Shown: positions 54,066 to 61,261 of the stretch, one piece after another
Layout of the letters: every line of letters begins with the position of its first letter
Numbering within the stretch: position 1 is the first letter of the stretch
Source of the DNA: Candidatus Micrarchaeum sp.
Lineage (GTDB): Archaea > Micrarchaeota > Micrarchaeia > CABMEP01
DNA: 64,000 nt
Direction of reading: 5' to 3'
Assembly: GCA_020723065.1 (NCBI GenBank)
Contig: DYJP01000002.1
Span: forward strand, 7,464-71,463
Notes under the pieces: generated by a model
Seen by the model: only the letters and a program-made list of their open reading frames with translations
Database searches by the model: none
What the model was told of the DNA's origin: nothing
Program-made: the position numbers and the translations under genes

Positions 54066-56117
54066 TTATTTCTTTTTTGCTTCTAGTTTCTTTATTTTCT
54101 TTACTGTTCTTGGTTTTTCTGCTGCCTTTTCTGATTTTCCAACATTCTTGTTAGAAGAGCAATATGGATTAAGGCATTTTTGATACCTTTGTTTTCCTTT
54201 TATCACCCATATCTTTGGAGAAGAGCAAATGTCGCAAGACCCGGCATATGTGAAAAGATATGTTGGGGGTAAAGAGTACGTTATTTTACAATTTGGATAG
54301 TTGCTGCATCCCAGGAACTTGCTTCCTTTGTAATTTATAATTTTTAGATAGCCGCCGCACTTGCAAGGGGCGAATTTTTCTGATTCTTCCAATTGACTTT
54401 TTAGAAAAGTTCCTATTTCTTTTTCGTGATTAAAAATATCGTTCATAATTGATGAAATAATGTTTTTTGCATCTTCGATTACTTTGTCCTTACTTACTTT
54501 TTTATTCTGTATCTTTTCCATCTCTTCTTCAAGCTGCCTTGTAAGAGTAGGATCAAGTATTTTGGGTGAATATTGCTTGAATGTCTGGTATATCGCTTTG
54601 CCTAATGGAGTGATTGTAAGCTGCTTTCCGTTTACATAACCTCTCTTATATAATGTATCTAAAACAAGGGCTCTTGTTGTTTTTGTACCTATATTCTCCT
54701 TTTCCATAAGCTGCAAAATAGATGCAGGTGTATATCTTATAGGTGGAGTTGTTGTTTTTTCGGTTATATTTATCTTGGTAATGTTTACATCCTGACCATC
54801 CGTAAATTTGAGTTTATGGTCTTTTTCATTCAAGAACGGATAGAATTCATACCAACCTCTTTTGACAATCTCTGGAATTGAAGCATTATATGTTTCTCTT
54901 GCATTGAGAGTTAGCTTATTGTCTTTTATTTCCGCGGGATCTGCAAAACATGCAAGAAATCTGTAAACAATTAAATTGTAAAGCCTTTCTTCATCCTGAT
55001 TCAATTTATCCTTGTTTCCCGTAGGATATATTGCAGGATGTACGTCTTCTTTTTTGCCTTCTCTCGGTCTGAATTTATTTTCATTTATTAATTGATTAGC
55101 CAAGTTTGTAAATGTGGAATTCTGAGAAAGCTGCTTGATTATGTTTCTTACATTTATTTGTGGCGGAAGTTTTTGGGATGCTGTTCTAGGATAGCTGATC
55201 AATGCTTTTTCATATAAGGATTGAGCAAGCTCTTGCGTCTTAACTGGAATATAACCATATATTCTATAAGCTTCAGTTTGCAAGGAGGTGAAATCAAAAG
55301 GGGGAAGTGTATAGACTTTTCTAATTGAAGAGACAATGGAAATCTTTCCTTTTTTATCTGTATTATTCTTTGCTGTTTCTGCTTCATCTTTTTTCTTAAA
55401 TGGATTTTTAGTATGTAAAAATGAAATTTCTTCCACTTCAGCATTAACTTGCCAATAAAGTTCTGGTTTAAAGTTTGCTATTTCTTCTTCTTTTTTAAAA
55501 AGAAAATAGAGCATTGGACCCTGTACTCTCCCTATTGACAAAACTCTGAATCTACCTGCATTCCTTATTGCGTTCATCACTGCCCTACTTAAATTTATTC
55601 CATAAAACCAATCGATAATGTGCCTTACTTCACCTGCATATGCGTTGTCAATATCAAAATCAATAAGATTATGATATGATTCTTGAAGTTCAGAAGGAGT
55701 GACTGTGGAAAATTTCATTCTTTTTGCTTTTTTTATGTCACTGAAGTTTCGAATAATATTGTATCCAATCAAGCTTCCTTCTATATCGAAATCTGTCGCA
55801 TTAATAACTAAGTCTGCGTTTTTTACTAGATTTTGAAGATTATCTAAATAATCTTTAATATACCATGCTGTCTTGTTAATTTGATATGAGGGAACCCATT
55901 CAAGATTAAAAATCGGTAATACGTTTGTTTTCTCCTTTAATGTAAATAAATGACCTACTGCTGGAGAAATAAAAATTGTTTTATTGTTGTTTTTTAACTC
56001 GTAATAAGACACTTTTTTGTAAACCTTTCTAGTAAGGGAAATAAATTCTGGTTTTAATGCGTATGCTATCTTCTGTGCAACAGACGGTTTCTCTGCAATA
56101 ATTACGATATTTTCCAT
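54066..56117 (-). CDS. topA: DNA topoisomerase, type IA (Topo I/III-like) with C-terminal zinc ribbons
   Basis: Toprim N-terminus IVIIAEKPSVA...DFDIEGS, a catalytic Tyr region, and C-terminal C4 zinc fingers (CKCGGY...CSNYPNC, CDICSS...C). Confidence 0.85.
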   Translation of the reverse strand: MENIVIIAEKPSVAQKIAYALKPEFISLTRKVYKKVSYYELKNNNKTIFISPAVGHLFTLKEKTNVLPIFNLEWVPSYQINKTAWYIKDYLDNLQNLVKNADLVINATDFDIEGSLIGYNIIRNFSDIKKAKRMKFSTVTPSELQESYHNLIDFDIDNAYAGEVRHIIDWFYGINLSRAVMNAIRNAGRFRVLSIGRVQGPMLYFLFKKEEEIANFKPELYWQVNAEVEEISFLHTKNPFKKKDEAETAKNNTDKKGKISIVSSIRKVYTLPPFDFTSLQTEAYRIYGYIPVKTQELAQSLYEKALISYPRTASQKLPPQINVRNIIKQLSQNSTFTNLANQLINENKFRPREGKKEDVHPAIYPTGNKDKLNQDEERLYNLIVYRFLACFADPAEIKDNKLTLNARETYNASIPEIVKRGWYEFYPFLNEKDHKLKFTDGQDVNITKINITEKTTTPPIRYTPASILQLMEKENIGTKTTRALVLDTLYKRGYVNGKQLTITPLGKAIYQTFKQYSPKILDPTLTRQLEEEMEKIQNKKVSKDKVIEDAKNIISSIMNDIFNHEKEIGTFLKSQLEESEKFAPCKCGGYLKIINYKGSKFLGCSNYPNCKITYSLPPTYLFTYAGSCDICSSPKIWVIKGKQRYQKCLNPYCSSNKNVGKSEKAAEKPRTVKKIKKLEAKKK

Positions 56118-56681
56118 TCAATCACAAAATAAATTTAAAAATTTCTATTAAGATAATAAAACAGAAATAGAAATATAAAAGTATTTTGAATTTTACAGAA
56201 AAACACAAGACGGACCCCTTAATTCCAGTAATAATGGAATTTTCTGAATATTTAATTCTAATAAACTAGAAATAAACTGTTTTAAATTAAGCTATTTTAT
56301 TTTTGTAATAAAATTAATATCTTCTATATTTATTTTATAATAATCTATCCAATCAAGATAATCTTTAAAAAATAGATCTATTTCATTTTGATATTCGTTT
56401 TCGATTAGGAATATTTGGTTTTTTAAAAATAATTTAATTTTTATGTATTTGTTTAATTTTTTAAAATTATAATAAAATCTTCTTTTAATTGTATTTTTAA
56501 CTTTTTTAGATGATGATTTTATTTGAAAAAGATAAAGAATAGTCATATTGTAACTTTAGTTACATAAATTTATATATTTATTTATAATATTGGAACTAAC
56601 CCCTCCCCCTATCAACTAAAACTGTATAAATTTAAAAGTAATCAGAAATTTACTAAAAAAAGGTAAAAAAAATAAAAAAGA

Positions 56682-57233
56682 CTAAACTACTCTTAAAACA
56701 CTGTCCTTTTTAACTCCATTTAAAATATATGAATAAGTCCTGTAATGAACATATGCATTAATTTTTACTGGTGCATTTCCAGGTGGAGTTGTACTATTTG
56801 ACCAAATCGGAACAATTATTGTATAGCTATCTCCTTTATTTAAATAACCCACTCTTATCTCTTTTGTTCTATGGATACCTGTTTGGTCAAGACCTAAATT
56901 GTTTCCAACTTCAATAACTAAAGAAGTTAAAACAGTTTCATTTGTCATGTTCTTAATCTTAATTTCTAAATCACATCTATCTATTTTGTGTGATGAAATT
57001 CTAACTGGATTAAACGAAGTTTTTATATCAAATGGAACTTTTTTTGCAATAGGACTTACATCCTTCTTTCCAAATAAATCTAAAATACCCATAAACCCAC
57101 TCTTCTTATTTTCTCTGACGAGATATTCATATTTTATTTTATAGCATTCCTTTATATTAGTTTCTTTTACTAACTTGTTTTCTTCGTTATCGAATAGGTT
57201 TTTAAATATTATACTTAATATCTCATTATACAC
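56682..57233 (-). CDS. Hypothetical protein (183 aa) inside a low-GC island
   Basis: Intact ORF with no recognisable motif. Its GC is markedly lower than flanking genes. Confidence 0.35.
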   Translation of the reverse strand: MYNEILSIIFKNLFDNEENKLVKETNIKECYKIKYEYLVRENKKSGFMGILDLFGKKDVSPIAKKVPFDIKTSFNPVRISSHKIDRCDLEIKIKNMTNETVLTSLVIEVGNNLGLDQTGIHRTKEIRVGYLNKGDSYTIIVPIWSNSTTPPGNAPVKINAYVHYRTYSYILNGVKKDSVLRVV

Positions 57234-57239
57234 AATGAG

Positions 57240-57467
57240 GTGTTTTTAATGGGAAAGAAAGTAGGATCTGAAAAAATTAAGAGAGAAGATGGTTATCTGT
57301 ACTACGTTGGAAAAGACGGTTTTGTATGGAGAGCACCAATGAAGGCAAACAAGAAAGGAAGAAAAGGAAAAGTTGGTTCTGAAAAAATTTCCAAGAAGGA
57401 TGGTTTCATGTACTACGTCGGAAAAGACGGATTCGTATATGAAGCAAAGATGAAGAACGTAAGATAA
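57240..57467 (+). CDS. Small basic protein with two tandem ~35-aa repeats (GSEKI-K-DG--YYVGKDGFV---MK)
   Basis: KKVGSEKIKREDGYLYYVGKDGFVWRAPMK / GKVGSEKISKKDGFMYYVGKDGFVYEAKMK. A GAGG-like RBS lies upstream. Confidence 0.4.
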   Translation: MFLMGKKVGSEKIKREDGYLYYVGKDGFVWRAPMKANKKGRKGKVGSEKISKKDGFMYYVGKDGFVYEAKMKNVR

Positions 57468-57555
57468 CTTAACTTAATTTCTTTTTTATTTTTTCTTTAT
57501 TTTTCTCATTTTTGATTTTTATATATTTAATTAATATTGGTCTGTATCTAATTAG

Positions 57556-57628
57556 TGGGGTCGCTGAGATTTGAACTCAGATCAACAGCTCCCAAAGCTG
57601 TCAGCATACCAGGTTAGCCCACGACCCC
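57556..57628 (-). tRNA. tRNA-Pro (anticodon TGG)
   Basis: Acceptor GGGGUCG/CGACCCC with discriminator A. Anticodon arm ACAGC-UUUGGGA-GCUGU. T-arm CUGAG-UUCAAAU-CUCAG. CCA is not encoded. Confidence 0.8.
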
Positions 57629-57706
57629 ATCAAATAAAAAATCAGAACGTACGCTTACACTATATTACATTCTACATTTTAAAATATTACTCTACGACTA
57701 TATATT

Positions 57707-58051
57707 ATGAAGCAAGTAATTGTTTTTCGTGAAGATCTCAAACTTGGAAAAGGTAAACTTGCAGCTCATGCAGCTCATGCAGCCATAGTCGGATATGAAT
57801 TAATTAGCAAAAAAGACAAAAAATTACTGTTTAAATGGTTAAATGAAGGTCAGAAAAAAATAGTAGTAAAAGTCAAAACAGAAAAAGATTTGTTTACTCT
57901 TTATGAATCTATGAAAGAAAAGATTCCATGTCAAATAATAAGTGATGCAGGACTCACTCAAATCGCCCCAGGTACCGTAACATGCATGGTAATCGGGCCA
58001 TGGTATGAAAAAGAGATAGACCCTTATATTTCAGAATTAAAGCTCCTTTAA
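57707..58051 (+). CDS. pth2: Peptidyl-tRNA hydrolase, archaeal/eukaryal PTH2 type
   Basis: GKLAAHAAHAA and DAGLTQIAPGTVTCMVIGP motifs of PTH2. Confidence 0.85.
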   Translation: MKQVIVFREDLKLGKGKLAAHAAHAAIVGYELISKKDKKLLFKWLNEGQKKIVVKVKTEKDLFTLYESMKEKIPCQIISDAGLTQIAPGTVTCMVIGPWYEKEIDPYISELKLL

Positions 58052-58410
58052 ACCAGTCTCTTTGATTCAGTGGTCATTTCTTCTTTTTTAGCCTGCGTTT
58101 CCAAAACATTTTCTTCATATATATTAGCAAAGATTTCATTTATTTTAATCGCAATCTTCGCCCCTTTTTCAGTCAAAGCAATGATTCTGTTTTTTCCTTC
58201 TTTTGTCGTTATAATAATCCCAATTTTTTCGAATTCTTTAACCTTTTTTATGACATAAGGAAAACTCAAGCCAGTTTCTTTGCTTAACTTACTTAGTGTC
58301 CATTTGTTTTCTTGAAGTAGAACAGTGATCATTTTTGCGATTTTTTTATGCATTATAAGCTCTCCAATATCTATTTCCATTGATTTTTGCTCCACTTTTT
58401 GCTTCTCCAT
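58048..58410 (-). CDS. Winged-helix transcriptional regulator
   Basis: HTH segment WTLSKLSKETGLSFPYVIKKVKEFEKIGII followed by a wing; 120 aa. Confidence 0.5.
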   Translation of the reverse strand: MEKQKVEQKSMEIDIGELIMHKKIAKMITVLLQENKWTLSKLSKETGLSFPYVIKKVKEFEKIGIIITTKEGKNRIIALTEKGAKIAIKINEIFANIYEENVLETQAKKEEMTTESKRLV

Positions 58411-58510
58411 AATTTAATCTAGTCAAGTTATTTTTTAACTTTTTTCCTTTGAACAATATTTAGTAATGTTTTTAAATATATTATTATAATAAGTTAATAG
58501 AGGCGATAAT

Positions 58511-58834
58511 ATGTCAATTCGTTTAAGCAAATTATATGGAATGGATATATTTTCCGATGGCGGAAGATACATGGGTAAAGTTTACGATATTATAGTCGAT
58601 GTAGAGAAAGGAGAAGTCGTAAGGTTGACCCTTGAAAGTATACATGCAGCATCCAGAGAAGAAGCACAGAGAATCATAAAGGAAAAGACTGTTCTTTACA
58701 AGAATGTTAGATCATTAGAAGACGTGATCGTTGTTTCCAAAGCTGTAGGCGCTCAAGTACAATACAGTTACGCACCATCGTCTACATCTACAAGAGAAGA
58801 CGAAAGCACATCAAATCTTTCATTCCTTAAGTAA
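58511..58834 (+). CDS. PRC-barrel domain protein
   Basis: LYGMDIFSDGGRYMGKVYDIIVDVEKGEVVRLTL matches the PRC-barrel pattern (L.G..V....G..LG.V.D...D...G.I..L). Confidence 0.55.
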   Translation: MSIRLSKLYGMDIFSDGGRYMGKVYDIIVDVEKGEVVRLTLESIHAASREEAQRIIKEKTVLYKNVRSLEDVIVVSKAVGAQVQYSYAPSSTSTREDESTSNLSFLK

Positions 58835-58925
58835 TTCTGTTTGTTTTTTTCTCTTTTTTTAAATTTTAAAATGTTAGTTTCAGTTTTAAAGAAACATTTT
58901 AAAATACACGAGATAAATTATTTTT

Positions 58926-59522
58926 ATGTTCATTGTATTCGAGGGAATTAACGGCTCCGGTAAGACGAAGCATGTACACAACTTTATTTCTGAATTGAAG
59001 AAGAGGGGAAAGAAAGTAAAACTTTACGAATATCCAGACAAGAAAGGAATTTTCAATAAGGGTATAAAGAGCTTTCTAAATAAGGAGATAAACATTTCTC
59101 CAGAAACACAATTCCTACTTTTCCTTGCAGATATAATTAAAGACCAAGAATCTATAAAGAAAGATTTGGACAAAGGGTATTGGGTGGTGGCAGATAGATA
59201 TGTCTTGACTACAATAGCATTCCAAAACATAAATTATATGAAAGCGAAGACAATAATCGAATCTATTAAACCAATAAAACCAGACCTAATAATTTATCTT
59301 TCAATTTCTCCGGAACTTGCAATAGAACGAATAAAAGGGAAGAAGAGATACACAAGGTTTGAACGGGACGAGGAATTCCTTCTCAAGGCTAATGTCAGAT
59401 ATAAAGAGCTTTATGAAGAGAAATTTCTTTCTAAATGGTTAAAAGTGGAAACAACAAGGCCATTTAAGGAAGTAAGCGCCGAGATAAACAAAAAATTTTC
59501 AATCACAGAAAAAACTGAATAA
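58926..59522 (+). CDS. tmk: Thymidylate kinase
   Basis: P-loop IVFEGINGSGKTK, DRY-like motif ADRYV and the LID region. Confidence 0.85.
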   Translation: MFIVFEGINGSGKTKHVHNFISELKKRGKKVKLYEYPDKKGIFNKGIKSFLNKEINISPETQFLLFLADIIKDQESIKKDLDKGYWVVADRYVLTTIAFQNINYMKAKTIIESIKPIKPDLIIYLSISPELAIERIKGKKRYTRFERDEEFLLKANVRYKELYEEKFLSKWLKVETTRPFKEVSAEINKKFSITEKTE

Positions 59523-59610
59523 TCCTTTCGACGCTAGGAAGGTATTTATTTCTTTTTGTAGTATATTATTTACTTCTTATCTTTCGCGTAAGCTTTAGAT
59601 AAGATTGCTA

Positions 59611-59721
59611 GCTCCAATCGTCTAGCCCGGTCAAGGACGTAGCCCTTTCAGAAACTTTTGAAAAGTTTCATCAAAAGTCTAAAGAAAGGCTAAAACTCGG
59701 GTTCAAATCCCGATTGGAGCA
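59611..59721 (+). tRNA. tRNA-Glu (anticodon TTC) with a 36-nt canonical-position intron
   Basis: Acceptor GCUCCAA/UUGGAGC with discriminator A. D-arm GUC-UAGCCCGGUCAAG-GAC. Anticodon stem UAGCC/GGCUA enclosing the loop CUUUCA plus intron 59651-59686, which contains a GAAACUUUU/AAAAGUUUC hairpin. T-arm UCGGG-UUCAAAU-CCCGA. Confidence 0.7.
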
Positions 59722-59804
59722 CTCTATTTTTATTATAACTAGGTTAGCTTAAGCTAAAGACTTGAATAAAAGAAAAAATAGAAACAAAAGAAAAACCGAT
59801 CAGC

Positions 59805-61019
59805 TTAGCTAAACAACAGCTTAAGGTAAAACAACGGAGAGGAGAAGCTCTTCTTCGCCTCTTCGCTTACGATCATAGTGGTGAGCTCCTTCCTTATTTC
59901 CGGATTCCTTGCGGCTTTGTCTATTACCAGATTGAGCAGGAATTCGTTCTTTCCTAGTCTTTGGAGCAGGTAGCTCATTTCAAGTTCCTTATTGAGTTCG
60001 TTCTTGATTTCCTGTTCGTATTCGCCAAGTATTTTTTGGCTGTAGGCGCCTAGCCTGAGCGCCCTGCTTATTGTTCTGAACGCGATCTTACCACTTGTCA
60101 TCGCATTACCCATCCCTTCTCCTGAAAACGGATCAATGAGCGAGGCGGCGTCTCCTAACAGTAACCAGCCGTCACCAGCTATCTGCTTTCTTATCTTGGA
60201 ACCCAACGGCAAGCTCCAGCCCTTTATTTCACTTATAAGTTTCGCATCCTTGAATCTTTCCTTAAATGTGGGGTTGAGTGTTATTTCATTTTCCATGAGT
60301 TCCTTGAGGTTGACATTTCTAGCCTTGACGTCTTTTGTAAGCATTCCTAGCCCTACGTTGGCTGTTCCATCCTCATATGGAAATATCCAGAAATAGCCGG
60401 GTATCGCCGTCTTTGTGAAGTGAAGTTCTATAACATCCTTCATTCCGGTGACACCGTCATAATAACCCCTTACTGCAAGGCAGTGGTGGTTCGGATCAAT
60501 TTCAAACACTCCGACTTTCTGAGCCACTACCGACATTGCGCCGTCCGCTCCTACTACTATATTAGCATTTATTTTCATCTCTTTTCCAGTCTTATCTGTT
60601 CCTACTATTCCGACAACCTGGTTTCCTTCCTTGATGAGGTCTGTAACTGTGAATTCCTCAAGTGTCTCTACGTATTTCTTTGCAGCTTTATAGATTATGT
60701 TGTCGAGAATCTCTCTTCTGCAGACGAATCCATCTTGGGAATCGGTCCTTATTTCAAGTATGGTTCCTTTCGGAGAAGAAAATATTACCCCATTATTTAC
60801 TCCGTGGGCCGCCTTCTTTACATCGGAAAGGATTCCCAGCTCCCTGAGCACTGCGATTGACTTTCCGCTGCATGCGTCTCCGCATGTCTTGTCTCTCGGG
60901 AACTTTGCCTTGTCCACAAGAAGGACCTTGTGACCTTCTCTTCCAAGAAAGTTCGCGCATACAGATCCGGACGGACCCGCGCCTACAATTATTACGTCGT
61001 ATTTGTTAGCAATAGTCAT
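59805..61019 (-). CDS. ggr: Geranylgeranyl reductase (digeranylgeranylglycerophospholipid reductase), FAD-dependent
   Basis: FAD dinucleotide motif YDVIIVGAGPSGS, 404 aa, archaeal GGR family. Confidence 0.85.
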   Translation of the reverse strand: MTIANKYDVIIVGAGPSGSVCANFLGREGHKVLLVDKAKFPRDKTCGDACSGKSIAVLRELGILSDVKKAAHGVNNGVIFSSPKGTILEIRTDSQDGFVCRREILDNIIYKAAKKYVETLEEFTVTDLIKEGNQVVGIVGTDKTGKEMKINANIVVGADGAMSVVAQKVGVFEIDPNHHCLAVRGYYDGVTGMKDVIELHFTKTAIPGYFWIFPYEDGTANVGLGMLTKDVKARNVNLKELMENEITLNPTFKERFKDAKLISEIKGWSLPLGSKIRKQIAGDGWLLLGDAASLIDPFSGEGMGNAMTSGKIAFRTISRALRLGAYSQKILGEYEQEIKNELNKELEMSYLLQRLGKNEFLLNLVIDKAARNPEIRKELTTMIVSEEAKKSFSSPLFYLKLLFS

Positions 61020-61261
61020 ATCTTATCACCTAAAAACTGCTTTTTTTCGTTGTTTTTTGATTATAACAATAGATTTTTGTTATTATATAAATATGGAAAT
61101 AAAAGAATATAAACATATTCATTTTTTTGTTTTTTCTTTCTATTTTTTACTTCTTAAACAATTTGTTGATGTAATCAATTTAACAGTTTGAATGAAAGAA
61201 ATTTTGCTTGCGCTAGCGGGTGTTAAAATGAAAAAAGTGAATGAAGGTTTGAATAAAAGAC

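Noticed and set aside
56292-56546. 84-aa minus-strand ORF in the AT-rich stretch
   Set aside because: Translation is almost entirely I/K/N/F/Y from A/T-only DNA. No RBS. Likely non-coding.
56118-56681. Possible replication origin at the AT-rich stretch next to topA
   Set aside because: No orc1/cdc6 gene is adjacent, and I could not identify ORB-type repeats. It is kept only as an AT-rich island observation.
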